From contig DASXYY010000029.1 in the NCBI GenBank assembly GCA_036502225.1, positions 14,151 through 78,150 of the forward strand: DNA of 64,000 nucleotides, written 5' to 3'. Made by a program: the position numbers and the translations under genes. The notes below the pieces were generated by a model. It had not been told where the DNA came from. It worked only from the letters and a program-made list of their open reading frames with translations, and did not search any database. The stretch comes from Opitutaceae bacterium (GTDB taxonomy: Bacteria > Verrucomicrobiota > Verrucomicrobiia > Opitutales > Opitutaceae). This document shows, piece after piece, positions 26,051 through 35,238 of this stretch (positions are counted from its first letter, which is position 1; the number at the start of each line of letters is the position of its first letter).

Positions 26051-27371
26051 AGGGCGCGGCGCGGCCCGACCGCGTATCACCGGATTGGAGACGGAGTATG
26101 GCTGCCTGACGGCCACCCCGGGCCTGGCGGCCAAGGTGGTGCCGCGGATCCGCGATTGGGTGTTTGCGAACGACCGCTTCGGCCTGCTCGACCGCCACGA
26201 CCGCGGCTGGGACGAGCCCGCCGGCAATGGCGGATTCCTGTTCAATGGCGGTCGGCTCTACGTGGACATGGGTCATGTCGAGTACTGCACCGCGGAGTGC
26301 GCCACGCTGCATGACCTCCTGGTGCGCGATCGCGCCGGGGACCGCCTGCTCCTGACCGGACTGCGGGAACTGGGGCTTGCCGAAAACGTTCAGTTCATCC
26401 GCAACAACATCGACCACCGTTCCGGCGCCACCTTCGGCTGCCACGAGAACTACGCCCTGCTGCGCAACGCACCCTTTACCGATGAGAATCTGCTCAGCCT
26501 GCTGGCGTTCATGACGCTGCGGGTGCTGTTCACGGGCAGCGGCCGGGTGGGGGGAGGCGTGCCCTTCCAGATCAGCCAACGCGCCGACTACATCGAAAAC
26601 GACTTCTTTGAGTGGGTGCAGCAGAGCCGGGCCATCATCAACACCCGCGATGAGCCGCTGGCGGACCCCCGACGCTACCGGCGGTTGCACCTGCTGCACG
26701 GAGACACCCACGTGCTGCCGTCGGCCCTTTTTCTCAAGGTCGGTGCGACGCGGCTGGTGCTCGACTTGCTCGAGGCCGACGGAATGCCGCCGGTGGCCCT
26801 CCAGGAAGCCGTCGTCAGCCTTCGTGAGCTTTCGCATCAGCCGGAGCCGCCTTGGCGCGTCACGTTGGCGTCCGGGAACGAGGGGGATGCGGTGGAACTC
26901 TTGAGCCAGTTCCGTGAGGCCTGCGCCCAGCGCTTTGTCGGTCGCGATCCGGAAACGGACGCCGTGTTGGACCTATGGCGCCGCGTGGAGGCAGGATTGG
27001 CCGCCAAGCTCGATTCGCTGGTCGGCTTGGTCGACTGGGTGACGAAGCTGCACGCACTGAACACGTTCCGCGAAAGCGAGAAACTGGCCTGGGATGACCC
27101 CTGGCTGGAGGCCCAGGACCTCGAATTCCATCAGGTCGACCCGGAACGCAGTCTCGGTTTGGCGTTGGCCGATCTGAACGGTCCTTGGGGCGCCCAACTG
27201 GAAGCGCCGGAGGCACTCACGGAACCGCCCGCTGACACCCGGGCGGCCCGCCGGTCGGCCCTGATGCGACGTTTGGTTGCATCCGGGGGCCGCGGCGTGG
27301 TCGACTGGCATTATGTTGTAGAGGAAGGGAAGGAGCCAACCCCCCTTTTAGACCCCTATCAGAGTTCATAA
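26040..27371 (+). CDS. pafA: Pup/UBact ligase homologue (PafA-like)
   Basis: ATG at 26040 overlaps the prcA stop. RITGLETEYGCL N-terminus, MGHVEYCTAEC and FGCHENYAL motifs. 443 aa, the shorter paralogue. Confidence 0.75.
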   Translation: MRAKGRGAARPRITGLETEYGCLTATPGLAAKVVPRIRDWVFANDRFGLLDRHDRGWDEPAGNGGFLFNGGRLYVDMGHVEYCTAECATLHDLLVRDRAGDRLLLTGLRELGLAENVQFIRNNIDHRSGATFGCHENYALLRNAPFTDENLLSLLAFMTLRVLFTGSGRVGGGVPFQISQRADYIENDFFEWVQQSRAIINTRDEPLADPRRYRRLHLLHGDTHVLPSALFLKVGATRLVLDLLEADGMPPVALQEAVVSLRELSHQPEPPWRVTLASGNEGDAVELLSQFREACAQRFVGRDPETDAVLDLWRRVEAGLAAKLDSLVGLVDWVTKLHALNTFRESEKLAWDDPWLEAQDLEFHQVDPERSLGLALADLNGPWGAQLEAPEALTEPPADTRAARRSALMRRLVASGGRGVVDWHYVVEEGKEPTPLLDPYQSS

Positions 27372-27487
27372 TCGACTTGGGTATCAATTAGATGAAACTT
27401 ACTGATTCGTTGGGCGTCAGTGCCTCCTCAGCCGTCCACTTCGTGGGAACAATTCAAAAATACGCCCATCAGACCGAGGTAGATCGT

Positions 27488-28090
27488 ATGTCTACAAAGG
27501 CTCAGGAAGTTGCGTTTGACCGGGTCCTAGTCGACCGCTTCAAGAGCGGCGATGCGGCCGCGTTCGACGAGATGGTCAGCCGCTATTGGAACCGGATATA
27601 CTCCATGGTTCACCAGCTGCTCCGCAACCCCCAGGATGCCGAAGAAGTGACCCAGGATGCGTTTATTCGTGCCCACCGGGGTTTGGTGAACTTCCGGGGT
27701 GAGTCCGCCTTTTCGACCTGGCTGTACCAAATCGCGACCAATCTGGCCCGCAATCGGTATTGGTACTGGTGGCGGCGCCGCCGGGACAAGTCGGTATCGA
27801 TCGACGCGCCGGTCGGACCGGACAACGATTTGACCCTGGCCGAAATCATTCCAGCGGAGGTCGAGACTCCGGATGACATCACCGTCACCCAGGAGTTCAT
27901 CAATCGGATTGGAAGCGGTATGGAACGTCTGGGCGCGAAGCACCGCGAAATCCTGATCCTGCGCAATGTTAAAAACCTTACCTATGAGGAGATCGCCGGC
28001 ATCCTCGGCATCTCCATTGGCACCGTAAAAAGCCGGATCGCTCGCGCCCGTGAGGCACTGCGGGCGAAGCTCGGCGAAGACTTCAAATGA
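27488..28090 (+). CDS. ECF-type RNA polymerase sigma-70 factor
   Basis: Region 2 DAEEVTQDAFIRAHRGL, region 4 LTYEEIAGILGISIGTVKSRIARAREAL. ATG at 27488 is preferred over the ORF-track start at 27392. Confidence 0.85.
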   Translation: MSTKAQEVAFDRVLVDRFKSGDAAAFDEMVSRYWNRIYSMVHQLLRNPQDAEEVTQDAFIRAHRGLVNFRGESAFSTWLYQIATNLARNRYWYWWRRRRDKSVSIDAPVGPDNDLTLAEIIPAEVETPDDITVTQEFINRIGSGMERLGAKHREILILRNVKNLTYEEIAGILGISIGTVKSRIARAREALRAKLGEDFK

Positions 28091-28785
28091 AAGACTCGGA
28101 ATTCCTCGAACTTCTGAACCTCTACGTCGATCACGAGATTTCGACGGAACAGGCCGCACGGCTGGAGGCGGAAGTCACCAGCAACGCGGATCGTCGGAAG
28201 GTATATCGTCAATACTGCATGATCCAGAAGGGCTGCTCGCTCCTGACGGGCAGCTTGGTGGAGAGCGCTCCCGTCCCGCAGCGGCAGCGCGAGACGACCC
28301 TGTCCGACGCGCAGCGGTTTTGGAAATGGAGCGGCGTGTTCGCAACCAGCGGTCTGGCCGCCGCGGCCTGCCTGGTCGCTTTGTTCGCCCTGCATTCGCA
28401 CACGCAGATGGTGTCTCCGGCCGCCACGGCCCCGGTGGCGTCGATCAGCAAGGCGCCGGCCAGCGACGTTCGGGTCGCCCTCGCGCCCGCTCGCCAGGTG
28501 AATTTCCCCGCGCAGTTTGGCGGCGAGCTTCCCCTTCAGACGGTGCTCAATTTTCACACCTGGAACAATGCCGGGGTCGAGACGGTGGGGTTGAACCAGG
28601 GCGATCCGCTCGCGTGGACCGACCAGGTGCAGTTCTCTCCGCTGTCGCGCGACGTGCTGGATACCTCGGCCATTTTCAAGTCCATGCCTTTGCTGGTGCC
28701 GACCAATCCGGAGGTCGCTCCGGTGCCGCCGGGCGGCCAGCGCCAGGACATCGAGGACGCGGCGTTTCAGTTTAAGCAGCGCTGA
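28087..28785 (+). CDS. putative anti-sigma factor (single-pass membrane protein)
   Basis: ATGA overlap with the sigma gene. N-terminal helical domain LNLYVDHEISTEQAARLE...YCMIQKGC. TM segment WSGVFATSGLAAAACLVALFAL. Confidence 0.55.
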   Translation: MKDSEFLELLNLYVDHEISTEQAARLEAEVTSNADRRKVYRQYCMIQKGCSLLTGSLVESAPVPQRQRETTLSDAQRFWKWSGVFATSGLAAAACLVALFALHSHTQMVSPAATAPVASISKAPASDVRVALAPARQVNFPAQFGGELPLQTVLNFHTWNNAGVETVGLNQGDPLAWTDQVQFSPLSRDVLDTSAIFKSMPLLVPTNPEVAPVPPGGQRQDIEDAAFQFKQR

Positions 28786-28798
28786 GCGCCGATTCCGA

Positions 28799-28877
28799 GG
28801 TGGAGCGCATGGTCCCCATGCGCTTTGACGTTCGCCCGCGTTTGACGCCGAAGCGCGTGGGGACCACGCGCTCCACC
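28799..28877. repeat. type A REP doublet (long-spacer form)
   Basis: GGTGGAGCGCATGGTCCCCATGCGC-TTTGACGTTCGCCCGCGTTTGACGCCGAA-GCGCGTGGGGACCACGCGCTCCACC. Lies between the convergent anti-sigma and ruvA genes. Confidence 0.9.
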
Positions 28878-28879
28878 CG

Positions 28880-29464
28880 CTAAAACGAACCGCGAACCAA
28901 CTGCTCGGTGGTGGCGTCGACGCCCAGTTTGGCGGCCGCGCGTCGCACGGCGACGTCGGCGTCAGGTGTCTTGAATCCCAATGCCACCAACGCCGCCACC
29001 GCGTCTCGGTAGATGCTGGGCTCGACGACTGGAGCCGCCAGCGGCGATTCCATGGAGGCGACCCCGAGCTTCGATTTGAGCTCGATCACCAGGCGCTCGG
29101 CGGTCTTTTTGCCGATGCCCGGAATTTTGGAAAGCGTGGTGACGTCGCCCGCGCGGATCGCCCCCTCCAGCAGCGGCAGCGAAAGCCGGCTCATGATCGT
29201 GAGCGCGAGTTTCGGCCCCACGCCGTTGACGTGATCGATCATCAACCGGAAAAAATCGCGGTCGGCCACGGTCGCGAAGCCATAGAGCGCTTGCGAGTCC
29301 TCGCGGTAGATCGCAACGGTGTGCAGCTTCACCGCCGCGCCGACGGCCGGAAGCTTTTCCGCCGTCGTCACCGGAATGTTCACTTCGTAGCCGAGACCGC
29401 CCAGTTCCAGGACCGCCTTCAGCGGGGTGGCGGCGGCGAGTTTGCCTTCGATGGAGGTGATCAA
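28880..29464 (-). CDS. ruvA: Holliday junction DNA helicase subunit RuvA
   Basis: (M)ITSIEGKL...GLGYEVNIP OB domain. HhH motif LSKIPGIGKKTAERLVIELK. TTG start at 29464. Confidence 0.9.
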   Translation of the reverse strand: MITSIEGKLAAATPLKAVLELGGLGYEVNIPVTTAEKLPAVGAAVKLHTVAIYREDSQALYGFATVADRDFFRLMIDHVNGVGPKLALTIMSRLSLPLLEGAIRAGDVTTLSKIPGIGKKTAERLVIELKSKLGVASMESPLAAPVVEPSIYRDAVAALVALGFKTPDADVAVRRAAAKLGVDATTEQLVRGSF

Positions 29465-29467
29465 GGG

Positions 29468-30217
29468 TTACTTGAGGCCGAGGACGTCCTGCATGTCGTA
29501 AATGCCGGCCGGCTTCTTGCGCAGCCAGTGGGCCGCGCGCAGGGCGCCCCGGGCAAAGATCGCCCGATCCGAGGCCTTGTGCGTGAGCTCCAGGCGTTCG
29601 CCCAGCGCCGCGAAAATCAGCGTGTGGTCGCCGACCACGTCGCCGCCGCGGAGCGAATGCACGCCGATCTCGCCGCGGGGGCGGGCGCCGGTGATCCCTT
29701 CGCGCCCGTGCTTGAACTGGCCCAATCCGACAAAGTGCGGACCGGCTTCTTTGCCGCCGCCCTCGGCGTCGAGCCACGCCTCCTGGACGATGTCGAGCAG
29801 GCGCACGGCCGTGCCGCTGGGGGCATCCTGCTTGAACCGGTGGTGCATCTCGATCAATTCCGCATCGTAGTCGGGTCCGAGCACGCGCGCCGCCTGCTTC
29901 GCCAGGGCGAACAGCAGATTGACGCCGACGCTGAAATTGCCGGCCCACACGCAAGGGACTTTGCCGGCGGCGGCGAGCAGCTTGGGCTTTTCGCTCTTGG
30001 CATGGCCCGTCGTGCCGATGACGAGGGCCTTGTTGTTCTGCACGGCCAGCTCCACGACATGCGAGGTCACCTTGGGCGAACTGAAATCGATGATGACGTC
30101 GCAGGTTTCGACATCCATCGCGATGCGGGCATCGCTGCCCGGCTCGGCAATGGCGGCCGCGACGGCGCGCCCCATGCGCCCGCCCGCTCCCTTGATCAGA
30201 ACGGCCAGGCTGCTCAT
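29468..30217 (-). CDS. dapB: 4-hydroxy-tetrahydrodipicolinate reductase
   Basis: ATG at 30217 (MSSLAVLIKGAGGRMGR). EMHHRFKQDAPSGTA signature. Confidence 0.9.
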   Translation of the reverse strand: MSSLAVLIKGAGGRMGRAVAAAIAEPGSDARIAMDVETCDVIIDFSSPKVTSHVVELAVQNNKALVIGTTGHAKSEKPKLLAAAGKVPCVWAGNFSVGVNLLFALAKQAARVLGPDYDAELIEMHHRFKQDAPSGTAVRLLDIVQEAWLDAEGGGKEAGPHFVGLGQFKHGREGITGARPRGEIGVHSLRGGDVVGDHTLIFAALGERLELTHKASDRAIFARGALRAAHWLRKKPAGIYDMQDVLGLK

Positions 30218-31089
30218 GGCGTGGCTGCGAACAGGGTCTTGCGCGTGGCTGCGGATATTTCCACGAGCGGCAGCCGCACTTCCTCCGAACTGATGACGCC
30301 CTCTTGGGCGAGCACGGCCTTGATGCCCGCCGGGTTCGGTTCGATGAAGAGCGACTTGAAGAACGGGTAAAGCTGGCGGTGCAGCTTGCGAGCGCCGTCG
30401 AAGTCGTTCTTGAGCGCCAGTTCGACCATGCGGCACACCGGCTTCACCGCGTAGTTGGAGGCGACGCTGATCACGCCCTCCGCTCCGGCGGAGATGAAGG
30501 GGAGGGTCAGGCTGTCGTCTCCGCTTAGCACCGTTAGGTCGTCGCCGAGGGCCTGCTTGAGCTGGTCCACACGATCGACGCTGCCGCCGGACTCCTTGAT
30601 CCAGCGCACGTGGGAATACTTGGCGCGCAGCCGCTCGACCACCGGCACCGAAATTTCGATGCCGCAGCGACCCGGAATCGAATACAGCACGATCGGCTTG
30701 TCCGTCGACTCCGCGACCTGGCTGAAATGCCGGAAGAGCCCCTCGGCGTTGGGCTTGTTGTAGTAGGGCGCCACCACGAGCATGCCGTCGGCGCCGGCCG
30801 AATGGGCCCGTTCCGTCAAATCCACAGCCTCGGCCGTCGAATTGGACCCGGTGCCGGCGATCACCGGAACCCGGCCTCGCGCCAGTTCAACGACCGCGCG
30901 CACGACTTCCATGTGCTCCTCGTGGGACAGGGTGGGCGATTCGCCCGTCGTCCCCACCGGCACCAGTCCATCGATCCCGCCTTCGATTTGGTGCTCCACC
31001 AACTTGCGCAAATCCTTATGCGCGACCGCACCCTTGTGGAAGGGAGTGATCAAGGCGGTGAACGTACCAGTGAGGCGACGAGACTTCAT
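30214..31089 (-). CDS. dapA: 4-hydroxy-tetrahydrodipicolinate synthase
   Basis: ATG at 31089 (MKSRRLTGTFTALITPF). Motifs VGTTGESPTLS and VVAPYYNKP. The ORF-track extension to 31728 is antisense to fabD. Confidence 0.9.
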   Translation of the reverse strand: MKSRRLTGTFTALITPFHKGAVAHKDLRKLVEHQIEGGIDGLVPVGTTGESPTLSHEEHMEVVRAVVELARGRVPVIAGTGSNSTAEAVDLTERAHSAGADGMLVVAPYYNKPNAEGLFRHFSQVAESTDKPIVLYSIPGRCGIEISVPVVERLRAKYSHVRWIKESGGSVDRVDQLKQALGDDLTVLSGDDSLTLPFISAGAEGVISVASNYAVKPVCRMVELALKNDFDGARKLHRQLYPFFKSLFIEPNPAGIKAVLAQEGVISSEEVRLPLVEISAATRKTLFAATP

Positions 31090-31156
31090 CGTAACAGACG
31101 GTGCTATTTTCTGGCCGGTTTCCAAGTTTTCTTGTCTGCTTGTCCCTTCCATCCGC

Positions 31157-32062
31157 ATGTCCCTTGCACTTTTATTTGCCGGCCAGGGTGCGCAGAAGGT
31201 CGGCATGGGCCGATCCCTGCACGAGTCCTCCGCGGCGGCCCGCCAGCTGTACGAGCAGGCCAACTCGCTGCTGGGTTGGGATTTGGGAAAAATCAGCTTT
31301 GAGGGGCCAGCGGCCGAACTGACCCAGACCAAGGTGTGCCAGCCAGCCCTGTTTGTGCAGGGTTTGGCGCTGGTTGAAGCGCTGAAAGAACGCGGCAAAC
31401 TGCCCGTCGTGCAGTTCGGGCTCGGCTTGTCGTTGGGTGAGCTGACGGCTTGCGCGGCCGCCGGCGTCTTCGATTTTGCGACGGGCCTTCGCATCGTGGC
31501 CGAACGCGGACGATTGATGCAGGAAGCCTGCGAACGAACCTCCGGCGGCATGGCGGCGGTGATGGGCGAAGAGCGGGCCAAGGTGACCGAGCTGTGCGCC
31601 GAATTCGGGATCGAGGCGGCGAACTTCAATGCCCCCGGCCAAATCATCATTTCCGGAGAAAAATCCAAGGTGGATGCCGCCGTTGCGGCCGCCCGGGAGC
31701 GGGGGATCCGCAAGGTGATCGCCCTCAACGTCGCCGGCGCCTACCACAGCCGGCTGATGGAGCCGGCCCGCGCCGCGTTCGCAGCCTATCTGGAGCCCAT
31801 TGTCTTCGCGGAGCCGAAGTTCACGATCTTCAGCAACACCACCGGCCAGGCGGTGCCCAACGCCGTTGCCATCAAGGCCGCGCTCGTCAGGCAAGTGGTC
31901 TCCCCCGTCCTTTGGGAGGACTGCATGCGGGCCGCCGCCGCGGCCGGCGCCACGGAATTCTGGGAATTGGGACCCGGGGGCGCTCTCGCCGGCATGGCCC
32001 GCCGCACGGACAAGGCCTGGAACGTAAAATCCTTCAGCGAAATTGCCGATCTGCCGGCCTGA
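31157..32062 (+). CDS. fabD: malonyl-CoA:ACP transacylase
   Basis: ATG at 31157 (MSLALLFAGQGAQKVGMG). Active-site GLSLGE. NVAGAYHSRLM. Confidence 0.9.
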   Translation: MSLALLFAGQGAQKVGMGRSLHESSAAARQLYEQANSLLGWDLGKISFEGPAAELTQTKVCQPALFVQGLALVEALKERGKLPVVQFGLGLSLGELTACAAAGVFDFATGLRIVAERGRLMQEACERTSGGMAAVMGEERAKVTELCAEFGIEAANFNAPGQIIISGEKSKVDAAVAAARERGIRKVIALNVAGAYHSRLMEPARAAFAAYLEPIVFAEPKFTIFSNTTGQAVPNAVAIKAALVRQVVSPVLWEDCMRAAAAAGATEFWELGPGGALAGMARRTDKAWNVKSFSEIADLPA

Positions 32063-32078
32063 GGACCCCCACTTGCCC

Positions 32079-33875
32079 ATGGAGCCTCTGCCCACCCGTA
32101 ATTTTTGCATCATCGCGCACGTCGACCACGGCAAGACGACCTTGTCGGACCGGCTGCTCGAATACACCAACACGGTGGAAGAGCGGGTGCTGACCGATCA
32201 GCACTTGGACTCAATGGATTTGGAGAAGGAGCGCGGGATCACGATCAAGTCGCACCCCGTGACGATGACGTACCACGCGAAGGACGGGCAGGCGTACAAG
32301 CTCAACCTGATGGACACACCCGGCCACGTGGATTTCTCGTACGAAGTGTCGCGAAGCCTGGCCGCCTGCGAAGGCGCCGTGCTGCTCGTCGACGCCGCCC
32401 AGGGCGTCGAGGCCCAAACCGTCGCGAACGCGCACCTGGCCTTCGGACAGCACCTCAAGGTGATCCCGGTCATCAACAAGATCGATCTGCCGAGCGCGAA
32501 TCTGGAGCTTTGCATGCGCCAGCTCGAAGACATCCTGACCATCCCGGCGGAGGAGGCGATCCTGGCGAGCGGCAAGTCGGGCATCGGCATCCAGGACATT
32601 CTCGAGGCGGTGGTGAAGCGGGTGCCCTCGCCGCGGTGGACGGACTACGGGCAAACGCGCGCGCTCGTATTCGACTCCCTTTACGACTCCTACCGGGGAG
32701 TGATCGCTTATATCCGCGTGTTCTCGGGCACGATCAAGGCGGGCGACGTCATGATGCTGATGAGCACCGGCGTGAAGTCCGAAGTGAAGGAAGTCGGCGT
32801 TTTCCGTCCGAAGATGGAAAAGATCGGCGTGCTGGGGCCGGGGGACGTGGGCTACATCGTTTCAAACATCAAGGACACCTCGGAAATCAAGACCGGCGAC
32901 ACCATCACGCTGGGACAACGGCCCGCCGCGGAAATGCTGCCCGGCTACAAGGAAGTCCGGCCGATGGTGTTCTGCGGCCTGTATCCGGTCGAAAGTTCCG
33001 ACTACGAAAAGCTCAAGGCCGCGCTCGGCCGGCTGCGGCTCAACGACGCCGCGTTCGTTTACCAGCAGGAAAGTTCGGTGGCGCTCGGCTTCGGCTACCG
33101 CTGCGGTTTCCTGGGGCTCTTGCACATGGAGATCATCCAGGAGCGGATCCGCCGCGAGCATGACGTCGATATCATCTCCACCTACCCGAGCGTCGTGTAT
33201 CGGGTCCGCAAGCACGGCGGCACGGTGATCGAGGTCGACAATCCGGTCAATCTGCCGGATCCCGGCACGATCGAGGAGATTGCCGAGCCCACCATCAAGG
33301 CCTCGGTCCACATCCCCAATGACTCGATGGGCGATATTCTCGCGTTGGTCATGGAAAAGCGCGGCACCGTCGACCACACGGAAACCTTGGATTCCACGCG
33401 GGTCATGCTCGTGTGCCTCCTGCCGCTGAACGAGATTCTCGTTGATTTCAACGACCGGCTCAAGAGCATCACCCATGGCTATGGCTCGATGGACTATGAG
33501 CTCGGGGAATACCGCGCCGCTGACCTGGTGAAAATGGAGATCCTGGTCAACGCCGACCCGGTCGACGCCTTCGCCACCATCGTTCACCGCGACAAGGCCG
33601 AAGGCCGCGGCCGCGAGCTCTGCGAGAAGCTGGCCGAAATCATTCCGCCCCAGATGTTCCGCATCGCTATCCAGGCCGCCATCGGCGGCAAGGTCATCGC
33701 CCGGGACAACGTGCGTGAAATGCGCAAGGACGTGACTTCCAAATGCTATGGCGGCGACATCTCGCGCAAGCGGAAGCTCCTCGACAAGCAGAAGGAAGGT
33801 AAGAAAAAGATGAAGCAGTTCGGCAAGGTCTCGATCCCGTCGGACGCCTTCATTCAAGTGCTCAAGAACAACTGA
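32079..33875 (+). CDS. lepA: translation elongation factor 4
   Basis: ATG at 32079. NFCIIAHVDHGKTTLSDRLL G-domain. LepA-specific C-terminus (KKKMKQFGKVSIPSDAFIQVLK). Confidence 0.95.
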   Translation: MEPLPTRNFCIIAHVDHGKTTLSDRLLEYTNTVEERVLTDQHLDSMDLEKERGITIKSHPVTMTYHAKDGQAYKLNLMDTPGHVDFSYEVSRSLAACEGAVLLVDAAQGVEAQTVANAHLAFGQHLKVIPVINKIDLPSANLELCMRQLEDILTIPAEEAILASGKSGIGIQDILEAVVKRVPSPRWTDYGQTRALVFDSLYDSYRGVIAYIRVFSGTIKAGDVMMLMSTGVKSEVKEVGVFRPKMEKIGVLGPGDVGYIVSNIKDTSEIKTGDTITLGQRPAAEMLPGYKEVRPMVFCGLYPVESSDYEKLKAALGRLRLNDAAFVYQQESSVALGFGYRCGFLGLLHMEIIQERIRREHDVDIISTYPSVVYRVRKHGGTVIEVDNPVNLPDPGTIEEIAEPTIKASVHIPNDSMGDILALVMEKRGTVDHTETLDSTRVMLVCLLPLNEILVDFNDRLKSITHGYGSMDYELGEYRAADLVKMEILVNADPVDAFATIVHRDKAEGRGRELCEKLAEIIPPQMFRIAIQAAIGGKVIARDNVREMRKDVTSKCYGGDISRKRKLLDKQKEGKKKMKQFGKVSIPSDAFIQVLKNN

Positions 33876-33876
33876 C

Positions 33877-35238
33877 ATGCTCGGCTTTTTCACCTCGCAG
33901 GAATCGAAGATGCGGCGCAACGCCGGGAATTGGCTCGAGGTGGCCGACAAGGTTTGGGCGACGCGGCGCGACGTGCTGCCGGCTCCGGAGGCGCGCGATC
34001 TCGTCCGGCTGCGCGACGAATTGCGCAAGGGCCTGAAGACGCGCGCGGACGCGGGCAAGCTCAAGCTGCAGATCGAGTCGCTCGAGGAGGCCCTGAAACG
34101 CTCCGGCGGGACCGTTTATCCCAAGACCACCCTGGTCGACTACGTCGAATTCCTGGTGGTGGCGGCCATCGTCATCCTGGGCATACGCACTTATTTCGTG
34201 CAGCCGTTCAAGATCCCGACCAATTCGATGTGGCCGAGCTACTACGGGATGACGGATGTCAATTATCTGCCGAACAAGCCCGTCCCGGGCCCGGCGGAAT
34301 CGGCGTTTCGATTTCTGACGCTGGGAGCGCAGCGGTACCAAATGGTGGCGCCGGCGGATGGCGAATTATCCGTTCTGGTGATCGTTCGGGACCACTACGT
34401 CCAGGGGCGCCCCGCCGGCAAGGGCGCGGACTTCCTGGCTTCCACGCGCAAGAGCGGCCGGTCGTGGCTCGTGCTTCCCGCCGATCTTCGCGAGTACACG
34501 TTTTTCGTCGATGGCGTGCCTGCGACCGTCGACGTCCCCGCCGACTTCGGCTCGGGGCCCGACGAACGAGCCGGCGGGTTTGACGACCTCTTTGTCCAAT
34601 CGTGGTTCGGCTCCTGGGAGAACTATCGCGAGTATTGCGCCAAGGCGCTGCCCGGCTCCCAGGCCGAGACGTTCACTTACGATGCGGCGACGGGGATGCA
34701 AGGTGTCGCCTATCGTTTGCACACGGGCCGATACGTGCATAAGGGCGATCCCCTGATCCGTTTCGATATCCTGACGGGCGACCAGCTCTTCGTCGACCGC
34801 TTCTCCTATCACTTTTTCCCGCCGAAGCCGGGCGACGGTTTTGTGTTTCGCACCGACAATATCCCCCAGCTCCAAAAGGCGGATTATTTTATCAAGCGAC
34901 TGGTGGGGGTGCCTGGAGACACGATCTCGATCGATCCACCCTACGTCATTCGCAATGGCGCCCATATCACCGGAGCGCGTGCGTTCGAGCTGAACCAGAA
35001 CCGCGTTCCTCCCTATACCGGCTACACGCGGGAATATCCCACCCCGGATTGGTGGAATCTATTCCTCCCGGATGACAAGCAGATCACGGTGCCGTACCGG
35101 CATTATTTCGCGATGGGAGACAATTCCTCGAACAGCGAAGACAGCCGCTACTGGGGGCTGGTGAACGGCGACGACGTCATCGGCCGGCCGCTGTTTGTCT
35201 ATTTTCCGTTCACGCGGCGCTGGGGCCCCGCGCATTGA
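33877..35238 (+). CDS. lepB: signal peptidase I (S26), long form
   Basis: S26 boxes IPTNSMWPSY, GDQLFVDRFSY, IKRLVGVPGDTISI and FAMGDNSSNSEDSRYWG. Sits directly after lepA, as is typical. Confidence 0.85.
   Translation: MLGFFTSQESKMRRNAGNWLEVADKVWATRRDVLPAPEARDLVRLRDELRKGLKTRADAGKLKLQIESLEEALKRSGGTVYPKTTLVDYVEFLVVAAIVILGIRTYFVQPFKIPTNSMWPSYYGMTDVNYLPNKPVPGPAESAFRFLTLGAQRYQMVAPADGELSVLVIVRDHYVQGRPAGKGADFLASTRKSGRSWLVLPADLREYTFFVDGVPATVDVPADFGSGPDERAGGFDDLFVQSWFGSWENYREYCAKALPGSQAETFTYDAATGMQGVAYRLHTGRYVHKGDPLIRFDILTGDQLFVDRFSYHFFPPKPGDGFVFRTDNIPQLQKADYFIKRLVGVPGDTISIDPPYVIRNGAHITGARAFELNQNRVPPYTGYTREYPTPDWWNLFLPDDKQITVPYRHYFAMGDNSSNSEDSRYWGLVNGDDVIGRPLFVYFPFTRRWGPAH

Noticed and set aside
27444-27487. 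ECF-type autoregulated promoter upstream of the sigma gene (GGAAC at 27446-27450)
   Set aside because: No CGT-type -10 element lies at the expected 16-17 nt spacing, so there is not enough support to annotate it.
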